Assembly (NCBI GenBank): GCA_046052125.1
Contig: JBJOMY010000001.1
Span: forward strand, 480,001 to 544,000
Source: Cyanobacteriota bacterium
GTDB taxonomy: Bacteria > Cyanobacteriota > Cyanobacteriia > PCC-6307 > Cyanobiaceae
Direction: 5' to 3'
Length of the DNA stretch: 64,000 nt
The notes beneath the pieces were generated by a model, which did no database searches, was not told where the DNA came from, and saw only the letters and a list, made by a program, of their open reading frames with translations. Position 1 is the first letter of the stretch. Each line of letters begins with the position of its first letter. This document shows, in pieces, positions 8,607-17,621 of the stretch. The translations under genes were made by a program, and so were the position numbers.

Positions 8607-10760
8607 ATGGCGAAGGCCGCACCAGCCCAGGAGCTGTATCTGAATCGCGAACTGAGCTGGATCAGATTCAACGAGCGAGTGTTAGCGCAAGCGCTTGACC
8701 CAAGAACACCATTGCTTGAGCAAGCAAAGTTTAGCGCAATCTTTAGTAATAATCTTGATGAGTTTTTTATGGTGCGAGTGGCATCCCTGCAGTCACAGGT
8801 GCATGCCGGAGTACAGGCTTGCAGCGAAGACGGACGCACTCCCACACAGCAGCTAACCGAGATACGCAAGCAACTAGAGCCTCTGCTGAAGCAACAGCAA
8901 GAGCACTATCACAGCAATCTAAAGGGAAAGCTAGCAGAGCTAGGTATCCTTTTACTGGATTATGATCAACTTTCGCGGAAACAGAAAGACTGGGCAAATA
9001 GCTACTTCCAGCGCTCTGTATTCCCCGTACTAACACCTCTGGCGGTAGACCAAGCACATCCATTCCCGTTCATCAGCAACCTCAGCCTGAACGTTGCGGT
9101 CACAATCCGCGATCCCAAGACCAATCGGCAGCAGTTTGCCCGCATCAAGGTTCCACAGAAGAACCTGCCGCGCTTTGTAAATATCCCAGCTGATTTGCAC
9201 GGCGGACGCTCACCGCAGCCCATTTTTATGGGATTACCGCTGGAACAACTCATAGCCTTCAACCTGCAGCGCCTGTTCCCTGGTATGCAGATCGAAGGGC
9301 ACTACTTCTTCCGGGTGACCCGGGATGCCGATCTGGAGCTCCGGGAACTCGAGGCCGACGACCTGATGCAGGCCTTAGAGCAAGGCCTGCGGAAACGCCG
9401 AATGGGGGGTGAGGTGGTGCGTCTGGAGGTGGCTGATGAAATGCCGGTGGATCTGATGCATCAACTGATGCAGGGTATGGAAGTGGACGATTTCGACGTG
9501 TACCGCATCAACGGGCCGCTCGGCCTCGATGACCTAATCGGGCTAGTGGCGATTGATGCGCCCCACCTCAAGGATCCACCATTTCGCGGTAGGACACCAA
9601 CCGAGTTACGCAGCACCCAGAGCAGCCAGCTGGAAGATGGATCACTTCAGAACCAGGAGTTTGAGAGCATCTTCAGAGTCATCAGACGGGGAGACGTTCT
9701 CGTCCACCACCCATTTGATCTGTTCTCCACATCGGTAGAAGAATTCATTAATCAGGCTGCCGATGATCCGTCAGTGCTGGCCATTAAAATGACGCTCTAC
9801 CGCGTGTCAAAGGATTCAGCAATCATTGCTGCGTTGATCCGTGCTGCAGAGAATGGCAAACAAGTGATGACGCTTGTAGAGCTCAAGGCACGCTTCGATG
9901 AAGACAACAACATCCAATGGGCCCGGCGGCTGGAGCGCTCAGGTGTGCACGTGGTGTACGGAGTGCTTGGCCTGAAAACCCATACAAAGATTGCCCTTGT
10001 CGTGCGGCGAGAAAAAGAGCAGTTACAAGGTTATTGCCACATCGGAACAGGTAACTACAACTCGAAGACGTCTACCCTATACACTGATCTGGGGATTTTC
10101 AGCTGCAACGAGGAGCTGGTTGCCGACCTGGTTGAATTATTCAACTACCTCACCGGCTTCTCCAAACAGCAGCAGTTCCGGAAGCTACTGGTGGCACCGG
10201 TCACACTCAGGCGACGCATGCAAAACCTGATCGAACGGGAGATCGAACACGCCCGATCAGGCCGACCAGCAGCCATCAAGGCCAAGATGAATGCGCTGGT
10301 GGACCCGGAACTAGTCAACCTGCTCTATCAAGCATCCCAAGCCGGCGTACAAATTGATTTGGTGGTGCGAGGTATGTGCAGTCTCCGGCCTGGCCTCGAG
10401 GGGATCAGCGACAACATTCGGGTCATCAGTGTGATCGGCCGTTTTCTGGAGCACTCACGTCTGTTCTGGTTCAGCAATGGTGGTCAGTACGAATTATTCT
10501 TGGGCAGCGCTGATTGGATGCCGCGCAACCTCGACCGACGCGTGGAGGCGGTGGTGCCGGTTCTGGATCAGGACCTGTGCAGGCAATTGGAATGGATGTT
10601 CCAGCTCTATCTCGATGATGCCCAAGCTTGGTGGATGCGTCCAGATGGCACTTATCAACGGCGCGAACATGAGAACAACCACCCCCTCGTTCAAGAGGAA
10701 CTCATGACGCGATGGTCACTCAGAAGCGTTCAGATCAATGCTGCGGCCAAGTCGGCTTGA
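8607..10760 (+). CDS. ppk1: Polyphosphate kinase 1
   Basis: YLNRELSW, NLDEFFMVRVA, ELKARFDE, KTHTK, HIGTGNYN, GRFLEHSR and SADWMPRNLDRRVE motifs. Confidence 0.98.
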   Translation: MAKAAPAQELYLNRELSWIRFNERVLAQALDPRTPLLEQAKFSAIFSNNLDEFFMVRVASLQSQVHAGVQACSEDGRTPTQQLTEIRKQLEPLLKQQQEHYHSNLKGKLAELGILLLDYDQLSRKQKDWANSYFQRSVFPVLTPLAVDQAHPFPFISNLSLNVAVTIRDPKTNRQQFARIKVPQKNLPRFVNIPADLHGGRSPQPIFMGLPLEQLIAFNLQRLFPGMQIEGHYFFRVTRDADLELRELEADDLMQALEQGLRKRRMGGEVVRLEVADEMPVDLMHQLMQGMEVDDFDVYRINGPLGLDDLIGLVAIDAPHLKDPPFRGRTPTELRSTQSSQLEDGSLQNQEFESIFRVIRRGDVLVHHPFDLFSTSVEEFINQAADDPSVLAIKMTLYRVSKDSAIIAALIRAAENGKQVMTLVELKARFDEDNNIQWARRLERSGVHVVYGVLGLKTHTKIALVVRREKEQLQGYCHIGTGNYNSKTSTLYTDLGIFSCNEELVADLVELFNYLTGFSKQQQFRKLLVAPVTLRRRMQNLIEREIEHARSGRPAAIKAKMNALVDPELVNLLYQASQAGVQIDLVVRGMCSLRPGLEGISDNIRVISVIGRFLEHSRLFWFSNGGQYELFLGSADWMPRNLDRRVEAVVPVLDQDLCRQLEWMFQLYLDDAQAWWMRPDGTYQRREHENNHPLVQEELMTRWSLRSVQINAAAKSA

Positions 10761-11083
10761 GACCTGACGGCGGTCCGGTTCCTGTGAGCGGCGACCGAGA
10801 GCCTAAAGATCCACTAGCACAATGGCCGTCGCATCCACACCAGACCCAAAGGATGACTACTGGGGTGCAACGATGAAAGAACGCAAACGGGGGCGTAGAT
10901 CACCTGTCACGGCCTCAGCCACCGCAAAGCCTTGGCTGAGGGCTACAGCGTGGATCACGCAAGCCGCACAAAAGGAAAAGAGAAGGATGTAGCGGTCGTT
11001 CACAGCAGTCGGAAGGCTAAATATAGCTTGGCAGCTCAGGATCAAAAGGAGCAAGCACAACTGCGTGTGAGCTGCCTTACCAA

Positions 11084-11341
11084 CTAAAAGAGAGACGAAT
11101 GGCTGCTGCGCAACAGCGTCCAGAGTTTTTTGATTTCGTCGTAGGCAACCTCTTGGCTGATTTTGCCATTACCTTGCAGGCCGACGATCAAACCGACTCG
11201 ATCGGCAAACTGCTCTAGATTCTGGTGGAAGGCAACCCGCTCCGGCGACCAGTCGTTCCCGCGATAATGACTGAAACCCTCAAGAGGGGAATGAATCCCA
11301 TCTTGGGCATCCAAGGGCTGAGAAGACTCAGACATCGCCAT
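11084..11341 (-). CDS. Conserved small cyanobacterial protein
   Basis: YRG.DWSPERVAFHQNLEQFADRVGLIVGLQGNGKIS...AYDEIKKLW is a recognisable cyanobacterial hypothetical-protein pattern; coupled to the pstB stop. Confidence 0.8.
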   Translation of the reverse strand: MAMSESSQPLDAQDGIHSPLEGFSHYRGNDWSPERVAFHQNLEQFADRVGLIVGLQGNGKISQEVAYDEIKKLWTLLRSSHSSLF

Positions 11342-12165
11342 CAGCCGAAACGGCCTGATACGTAATCCTGTGTAGCTTGCTGGCTCGGGGCATTGAAGAT
11401 TGTTTCCGTAGCTGCAAATTCCTCAAGACATCCCACCTTTCCATCGCCATCCGCCTTGGCGGTCACGTTGAAGAAGCCGGTCATGTCACTCACCCTGACG
11501 GCCTGCTGCATGTTGTGGGTCACGATCACGATCGTGTAGCTCTTCTTGAGCTCGTGCATCATCTCCTCAATCTTGAGGGTGGAGATCGGATCGAGTGCCG
11601 AGCAGGGTTCATCCATCAGGATCACCTCCGGCTCAATCGCAATGGCGCGAGCAATGCAAAGGCGCTGCTGCTGACCGCCGGAGAGGGCGTAACCGCTTTC
11701 CTTGAGCTTGTCTTTGGTTTCATCCCAGATGGCCGCTTTGCGTAAAGAGCGCTCGACCAGTTCATCCATGTCACCGCGGAACCCATTGATGCGGGCGCCA
11801 AAGGCGATGTTCTCGTAAATACTCTTCGGGAAGGGGTTGGGTTTCTGAAACACCATGCCGATGCGGCGGCGCACCTCAACTGGATCAACAGAAGGATCGT
11901 AGAGATCCTGCCCGTCAAAGATCACTCGTCCCTTGAGTGCGCAACCCTCGATCAGGTCGTTCATCCGATTCAGAGCACGCAGAACCGTGCTCTTCCCGCA
12001 GCCTGATGGGCCAATGAAGGCCGTGACCTTGCCGCGCGGAATCTGCATGTAAACACCACGCACGGCTTCGTTGCCGCCGTAACTGATTCCCACATTCTCG
12101 AGCTCGATGCAGATCTCAGGGGAGATTGATCCAGCGCGGGAAAGAGAAGGCGTTGAGGTGGTCAT
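11341..12165 (-). CDS. pstB: Phosphate ABC transporter ATPase
   Basis: [53 protein letters not shown] and YVSGRFG. Confidence 0.98.
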   Translation of the reverse strand: MTTSTPSLSRAGSISPEICIELENVGISYGGNEAVRGVYMQIPRGKVTAFIGPSGCGKSTVLRALNRMNDLIEGCALKGRVIFDGQDLYDPSVDPVEVRRRIGMVFQKPNPFPKSIYENIAFGARINGFRGDMDELVERSLRKAAIWDETKDKLKESGYALSGGQQQRLCIARAIAIEPEVILMDEPCSALDPISTLKIEEMMHELKKSYTIVIVTHNMQQAVRVSDMTGFFNVTAKADGDGKVGCLEEFAATETIFNAPSQQATQDYVSGRFG

Positions 12166-12210
12166 GATGGGAAGGGTTAGGGAGCGGAGAGTGAAAAGAG
12201 TGAAAAACGA

Positions 12211-13113
12211 TCAAACGCGAGCGAAACGACCCAGCCAGCGGGCAAACAAGTTGGCGGCAAGAATCATGACCACCAGCACAAAAGAAGCGGCCCAGGCCAG
12301 CGCGTTCTGAGCCTCATAGGGCATGATCGCAAAGTTGAAGATCAACACCGACATCGTTGCGATCGGGTTGAAGACCCCTTCTGGCCAAAACGGTGAGAAC
12401 AGGGCTGTGAAAATCAGCGGGGCGGTTTCGCCAGCAGCGCGTGCAATCCCCAACACCACCCCTGTGGCGATCGGAGTGAAAGCTGCAGGGAGGGTGATCC
12501 GTGTAATGGTGACGAAGCGAGAAGCCCCAATCCCAATCGCTCCCCAGCGCAGCTCCTGGGGCACCAACTTAAGGGCTTCATCGGTGGTTTTGATCACCGT
12601 TGGCAGCATCAACACTGCCAAAGCAATGCCACCGGCCATCGCGCTGTAGCTCTGGCCAAAAAACAGGCGCGTGCTCACGATCAGGCCATAGATGAAGACG
12701 CCACAGATGATCGATGGCACTCCCGACAGCACATTGGTGCCAAAGCGAACAAATTGGGCGAACCAGCCACCGCGGGAGTACTCCGCCAGGTAGATCCCTC
12801 CACCCACACCCACCGGGATGGCGATCAGGCTTGCAATCAGGGTCACAATCACCGTTCCCAAGATGGCGTTGCCGATGCCACCACCCTCCAAGCCAGGGGC
12901 GGGAGGAAGCTGGGTGAGCAGGCTGGCGCTGATCAGCGAGCCCCCTTTAAACAGCACGTAGGCCAGAACCAACACCAACGGCAACACAGCGATCAATGAG
13001 AAGAGCGCTGCAATGGAGGAGAACAGAGTGTTCCAGCGATTTCGAGGCAGCGACGCCTGGAAACGCAGGGACGGGACCGCCGGGATCGAAGCAGTGGAAG
13101 GAGAGGTGACCAT
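12211..13113 (-). CDS. pstA: Phosphate ABC transporter permease PstA
   Basis: GIYLAEY, GVPSI and ARAAGETAPLIFT motifs; multiple TM segments. Confidence 0.97.
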   Translation of the reverse strand: MVTSPSTASIPAVPSLRFQASLPRNRWNTLFSSIAALFSLIAVLPLVLVLAYVLFKGGSLISASLLTQLPPAPGLEGGGIGNAILGTVIVTLIASLIAIPVGVGGGIYLAEYSRGGWFAQFVRFGTNVLSGVPSIICGVFIYGLIVSTRLFFGQSYSAMAGGIALAVLMLPTVIKTTDEALKLVPQELRWGAIGIGASRFVTITRITLPAAFTPIATGVVLGIARAAGETAPLIFTALFSPFWPEGVFNPIATMSVLIFNFAIMPYEAQNALAWAASFVLVVMILAANLFARWLGRFARV

Positions 13114-13115
13114 GA

Positions 13116-14072
13116 TCAGCTGTATTTGAGACTGAGACGTCGCACAACCCACTGCGCAAACACATTCACGAGCAGCGTGAGGATCATCAACACAACTGCC
13201 GCATACATCAGCGCCGACACCTGGAAGCCATCCGCTTCACCAAACTGGTTCGCCAGCATCGAAGCGATGGTGTTGCCAGGAGCCAGCAAACTCCAACTGA
13301 AATTATTGGAATTTCCGATGATCATCGTGACGGCCATCGTTTCTCCCATCGCCCGCCCGAGAGCAAGCATCACCCCCCCAGTAATGCCAGACACTGCCGC
13401 CGGCAGGATCACCTGAAGGATGGCCCCCCAGCGGGTGGTGCCCACGCCGTAAGCAGCCTGGCGAAGCTCAGAGGGAACCTGCTGCAAGGAATCGCGGGCA
13501 ATGGCCGTGATGATCGGCAACACCATCACCACCAGGATGAGGATCGCCGGCGCCATGCCAGGCCCCTGGGGCACCGTGGAAAAGAACGGAAGCCAACCAA
13601 AACCCTGGTGCACCAATTCGAGAATGGGCCGCAGAAACGGTTCCATCACGAAGATGGCCCACAGCCCGAGCACCACGGAGGGGATCGCGGCCAGCAGCTC
13701 CACCATCACGCCCAGCAGCTGCCGCAAACGCAGAGGAATCAGGTTTTCTGTGATGAAGATTGCCGTGCCAACACCCAGAGGCACTGCAATTAGCAGAGCC
13801 AGAATGGAGGTCACGATCGTGCCGTAGATGGCCGTGAAGGCGCCGTAGGTATCGCTAACAGGGTCCCAGTCAGAAAGAACAAGAAAGCGAAGGCCGAAAC
13901 GAGCAGCCGCTTCCCGCGAGCCAAACAGCACGGTGAGCAGAATTCCCAGGAGCACCAGGCCTACCAAGGAGGCCAAGGCAACGGAGAGAACCCGAAAGCC
14001 CTCGTCCACGAGCTTTTCCTGAGGCGGCCGGCGTCTCAGCGAAAACAGATCGGGTGGTGGTATGGCTGCCAT
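13116..14072 (-). CDS. pstC: Phosphate ABC transporter permease PstC
   Basis: WDPV..YGA, ELLAAIPSVVLGLW and LGRAMGETMAV motifs. Confidence 0.97.
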   Translation of the reverse strand: MAAIPPPDLFSLRRRPPQEKLVDEGFRVLSVALASLVGLVLLGILLTVLFGSREAAARFGLRFLVLSDWDPVSDTYGAFTAIYGTIVTSILALLIAVPLGVGTAIFITENLIPLRLRQLLGVMVELLAAIPSVVLGLWAIFVMEPFLRPILELVHQGFGWLPFFSTVPQGPGMAPAILILVVMVLPIITAIARDSLQQVPSELRQAAYGVGTTRWGAILQVILPAAVSGITGGVMLALGRAMGETMAVTMIIGNSNNFSWSLLAPGNTIASMLANQFGEADGFQVSALMYAAVVLMILTLLVNVFAQWVVRRLSLKYS

Positions 14073-14120
14073 GCACGCGATAAACCCTTATGTCCACCGT
14101 CTCACGTGTGTTCGCAGAAG

Positions 14121-14139
14121 CTTTTAAGGTCGGGTTAAG
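14121..14139 (-). promoter_or_regulatory. Pho box upstream of pstCAB
   Basis: Minus strand CTTAACCC-gac-CTTAAAAG at 11-bp period. Confidence 0.7.
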
Positions 14140-14171
14140 GGGTTCGGCAAGACTGTTTATGAATGAGCGCC

Positions 14172-14201
14172 ATTGAACAACCATTAACCGGCGCTTAACG
14201 G
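14172..14201 (+). promoter_or_regulatory. Pho box upstream of the SphX-like gene
   Basis: ATTGAACA-acc-ATTAACCG-gcg-CTTAACGG at 11-bp period. Confidence 0.75.
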
Positions 14202-14241
14202 GTGGCAGCCGATGCAAGGCCAGAGTTAGGCCAAATCAATC

Positions 14242-15288
14242 GTGATCGATGTGATCACTCTTCGGTTCGCGCTGATCACAGCAGTTGCCGGTGCACAGGT
14301 GCTCACGGCATCCGTTGTTCAAGCGCAACGCAGCAAACCTGCTCGAAACACCGTCCTGATTTCAGGCTCCAGCACGGTTTACCCGTTCAGCAAAGCGGCC
14401 ATCGAGCTGTTTGCGGCCCGTGTCCCTCAAGGCACCAGCATTCGCGCCGAGGCCGTTGGCACCAGTGCCGGTTTCCGTCAGTTTTGCGGCCGCAGTCTTC
14501 CGATCGCAGCCGCCTCCAGACCGATCAACAGCACTGAGATCAACCGCTGCAAGGCCAATGGCGTGCGCTTCCTGGAACTGCCCGTGGCGTTTGATGCGAT
14601 CACGGTGGTGGTAAATCCCAACAACAGCTTTGCCAAAGAGATCAGCACCGCCCAGCTCCGAACCCTCTGGCAACAAAAGGCTCAAGGAACAGTGACCCGC
14701 TGGAACCAGCTAAACCCAGCCTGGCCCAGCAACCCGATCAAGCTCTGCGGCCCGGGCAAGGATTCCGGCACCTACGACACCTTTAATAAGGCGATCAACG
14801 GCAGCGAGAGCAATTCCCGCCAGGACTACACCGCCAGCGAAGACGACATGGTGCTGGTGCGCTGTGTGGCCAACGAGGCTAATGCCCTGGGCTACTTCGG
14901 CTTCGACTATTACCAAGCGAATCGAACCAGCCTGCGTGCCTTAGCCGTGAAAGGCTTGCGGGGCGCGGTGGTGCCGAGCGTGAACGCGGTGCAGGCCTCC
15001 CGCTACCTGCCTCTCTCGCGACCGCTGTTTTTCTATGTGAACGAGCAATCATTCAGAAGCAATCCGGTGATCCGGGCACTGATCGTGTCCACCCTGGAGC
15101 AGGGCGTGAAAGTGGCCAATCGAGCCGGCGTGATCCCCCTGCAGGATTCCACCTACCGCCTGGTTACCAACAAGCTCTACCGCAATGTGCTGGGCAGCGC
15201 CTTTGCCGGGCAGCTTCCGATCGGCTTGACCATTGGCCAGGTGCTGGAGCGCAGCTTTGATCAACACAAGAAGCCTCAGTTCCGCTGA
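14242..15288 (+). CDS. sphX: PstS-family phosphate-binding protein (SphX-like)
   Basis: Signal peptide; ISGSSTVYP, GTSAGFRQFC, ASRPI, GPGKDSGTYD, SRQDYTASEDD and YLPLSRPLFFYVN motifs. Confidence 0.88.
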   Translation: MIDVITLRFALITAVAGAQVLTASVVQAQRSKPARNTVLISGSSTVYPFSKAAIELFAARVPQGTSIRAEAVGTSAGFRQFCGRSLPIAAASRPINSTEINRCKANGVRFLELPVAFDAITVVVNPNNSFAKEISTAQLRTLWQQKAQGTVTRWNQLNPAWPSNPIKLCGPGKDSGTYDTFNKAINGSESNSRQDYTASEDDMVLVRCVANEANALGYFGFDYYQANRTSLRALAVKGLRGAVVPSVNAVQASRYLPLSRPLFFYVNEQSFRSNPVIRALIVSTLEQGVKVANRAGVIPLQDSTYRLVTNKLYRNVLGSAFAGQLPIGLTIGQVLERSFDQHKKPQFR

Positions 15289-15500
15289 TCACCACATCGA
15301 TGTGTTGCGGACGACAAAACGGAGCAGATCGACGGCATTTGGTCGCAATGACGACCGGAGATCACTCAGATCGCTTTATGGTGTTCTGAGTTGCGAGAAA
15401 ACAATGTTGGTGAAAACGGGCAAGGGCAGCATCAGCTTCGTGGCTGGTTGTTGCTGGGTGAATTCCGTGGTTGAACCTCCTCCCCTCCGAACAGACAGCA

Positions 15501-15683
15501 ATGACAACAACTCCCATCCATTCCCCTGGACCTCAACCCAGCGAGGTCAACGCAACAGCCATCGCAGCTGATCGCGATGAGCGCTGCGATGAGGCGATGA
15601 TCTCCAAGCAGCGCCAGCGCTATCTGGTTTCACTGCTCAGCGATCAGGAGCAACAAAGCGATAGCCGATACCGCGAACAGTAA
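15501..15683 (+). CDS. Possible small hypothetical protein
   Basis: ATG ORF (MTTTPIHSPG...) after a roughly 200-bp gap; overlaps the 3' end of the convergent regulator. Confidence 0.3.
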   Translation: MTTTPIHSPGPQPSEVNATAIAADRDERCDEAMISKQRQRYLVSLLSDQEQQSDSRYREQ

Positions 15684-16380
15684 CGAACAGCGATGGTTGG
15701 CCAGGCTGATCCAGCTTGCGCCTGAGCCACCACACGTGCACATCCACGCTTTTGTTGTTGCCGTTGTAGTCGGCGCCCCACACCTGCTCGATCAGTTGAT
15801 CGCGGCTTAAAGCACGGCCAGGCTGCAGCATGAAGCACTCCAACAGCCGGTATTCGCGGGGAGTCAACGTCACTTCAACGCCATCGACGCACACCCGGCA
15901 CTGATCGCGGAACAACTCAATCGCTCCTGCCTTGAGCACAACGCCCACCGGATCAGGGTTGGAGCGCTGCTGAAGACGCTTAAGCCTCCGCAAAATGGCG
16001 CGGCAACGGGCCGCAAATTCGCGCATCCCAAAGGGACGCGCCATCACGTCATCCGCACCGATCTCCAGCAACTGAGCCCGCTGATCCTCTGAGGCTGCAT
16101 CGGCAAGAAGCAGCAACGGCGTATGGGGGTCGCGGACGCGCAGCTTTTGGATGTGAGCAAGCGTGGCTTCAAGATCGTGCCGTTCGCTGGGCAAGTTCAC
16201 CACCCAAAGCGAAGCGGTCTGCGCATCCGATTGCTCCGGCTTCAACGCCTTCAGCTGGCGAGGAAGGGGCTGCTGATGCACCCGATAGCCCTCCTGCTGG
16301 AGAGCCTCATACAACTGATCACGCCAGAGAGGATCATCGGCAACAAGCCAGATCAACGCAGGCTGAGCACTGGCAGCCAT
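15637..16380 (-). CDS. OmpR-family regulator, PhoB paralog with atypical (pseudo-)receiver
   Basis: Shares PFGMRE.ARCRA.LRR, EYRLLE.FM, QLIEQVWG.DY and VDVH..WLR.K with PhoB at 2375; the phospho-Asp position reads VVNLP and the KPF motif reads RPF. Confidence 0.88.
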   Translation of the reverse strand: MAASAQPALIWLVADDPLWRDQLYEALQQEGYRVHQQPLPRQLKALKPEQSDAQTASLWVVNLPSERHDLEATLAHIQKLRVRDPHTPLLLLADAASEDQRAQLLEIGADDVMARPFGMREFAARCRAILRRLKRLQQRSNPDPVGVVLKAGAIELFRDQCRVCVDGVEVTLTPREYRLLECFMLQPGRALSRDQLIEQVWGADYNGNNKSVDVHVWWLRRKLDQPGQPSLFVTVRGIGYRFVAPDR

Positions 16381-16410
16381 CGACACAAGGTCAGAGTTGG
16401 GGCTTGAGAC

Positions 16411-16438
16411 AAAAAAAGGGGGCTGCATTAGCCCCCTT
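16411..16438 (-). terminator. Rho-independent terminator of pstS
   Basis: Minus strand GGGGGCT-AATGC-AGCCCCC followed by TTTTTTT, just downstream of the pstS stop. Confidence 0.85.
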
Positions 16439-16460
16439 GGTGGTTCCAGGTGTGATCCGA

Positions 16461-17438
16461 TCAGGCGCCGATCTTGGCTACAGCTGCACGAGCCTTCTTC
16501 ACGATGTCGCCACGCAGGGGCACGTAACCCAGCTCATCAGCCTGGTTTTGGGCGGGGCCCAACAGATAGAGCATGGCTTCGCGGATCTTGCCAGCTTTGG
16601 CCCCATTGCCCTTCTGGTAAGCCAGGATCCAGGTGAGGGTGGAAATGGGGTAGCTGTTCACACCGGCGGGATTGGGATCTTCACCAGCGAGCTCAGAATT
16701 GAGCTTGATGTTGTTCAACGCTGCAGATCCACCTGCCAGATTCGGCAGCACATATTTGCCAGACTTGTTCTGAAGAGCAGCGGCCTTGATCTTGCCCTTC
16801 ACAAAGCTCTGGCTCACGTAGCCGATGGCGCCAGGCGTGTTGGTGATGATGCCAGCAACACCTTCATTGCCTTTGCCGCCCACGCCCACGGGCCACTTCA
16901 CGCTCTTGCCCTCGCCCACCTTGCTCTTCCACTCGGAGGAGAAGGCGCTCAGGGAGTTGGTGAAGGCGAAGGTGGTGCCAGAACCATCGGAACGGTGGGC
17001 CACGGTGATCGCACCCTTGCCGCACTTGAGCTGATCCCAGGTGCGAATCTTGCCGAGGAAGATGTCAACGGCCTGCTTCTGGGTGAGCTTCAGGCCATTG
17101 CAATCAGCCTTGTTGTAGGCGATCGCAATGGTGCCGCCCGCCGCGGGGAACTGCACCACGCCGCGCTTCACCTTGGCCGCTTCGGCATCGGTGATCGGCT
17201 CGTCGGTAGCGCCGAAATCCACAGTGCCCGCCACGTACTGACGAACGCCAGCGCCGGAGCCGACCGACTGATAGTTGACCCTGATGCCCTTGGAGGCTGC
17301 ACCAGCAAAAGCACGCTGGTAGAAGGGGGCAGGGAAGGTGGCGCCGGCACCATTGAGCACGGACTGGGCCGAAGCAGCAGCGGTCACGCCCAGCGTGGAG
17401 AGGACGCCAATGGAGAGAACCTTCTTCGCGAAGGACAT
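16461..17438 (-). CDS. pstS: Phosphate ABC transporter substrate-binding protein
   Basis: LNGAGATFPAPFY, NYQSVGSGAGVRQ, HRSDGSGTT and GKGNEGVA motifs. Confidence 0.97.
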   Translation of the reverse strand: MSFAKKVLSIGVLSTLGVTAAASAQSVLNGAGATFPAPFYQRAFAGAASKGIRVNYQSVGSGAGVRQYVAGTVDFGATDEPITDAEAAKVKRGVVQFPAAGGTIAIAYNKADCNGLKLTQKQAVDIFLGKIRTWDQLKCGKGAITVAHRSDGSGTTFAFTNSLSAFSSEWKSKVGEGKSVKWPVGVGGKGNEGVAGIITNTPGAIGYVSQSFVKGKIKAAALQNKSGKYVLPNLAGGSAALNNIKLNSELAGEDPNPAGVNSYPISTLTWILAYQKGNGAKAGKIREAMLYLLGPAQNQADELGYVPLRGDIVKKARAAVAKIGA

Positions 17439-17490
17439 TGATGGCAAACCAACAGGAGCTACCAACGTCTAAGCAGCGGCGGGAGCCCCA

Positions 17491-17520
17491 GAGTTAGGGT
17501 TTGGTTAAGGCCACGTGAAG
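17491..17520 (-). promoter_or_regulatory. Pho box upstream of pstS
   Basis: Minus strand CTTCACGT-ggc-CTTAACCA-aac-CCTAACTC at 11-bp period. Confidence 0.8.
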
Positions 17521-17580
17521 CGTTGGTTGTGGACCACAGAGGTGGGTATCGAGCAGCACCAAAGCATCAACAACAGGGGT

Positions 17581-17601
17581 AAGTTGAACACTGTTCAACT
17601 T
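17581..17601. promoter_or_regulatory. Perfect palindrome, candidate operator upstream of speD
   Basis: AAGTTGAACA-C-TGTTCAACTT, 20 bp before the speD ATG. Confidence 0.55.
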
Positions 17602-17621
17602 CCTGTGTTTCACGCACCTCG

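Noticed and set aside
10822..11060. Short ORFs on both strands between ppk and the pst operon
   Set aside because: Competing ORFs of roughly 50-67 aa with no recognisable motif; neither can be supported over the other.
16404..17441. Long antisense ORFs here and opposite arsJ, hlyD, the binding proteins, the linker, gor, carB and cbiX
   Set aside because: They mirror real genes; strong GC3 bias removes stop codons on the opposite strand.
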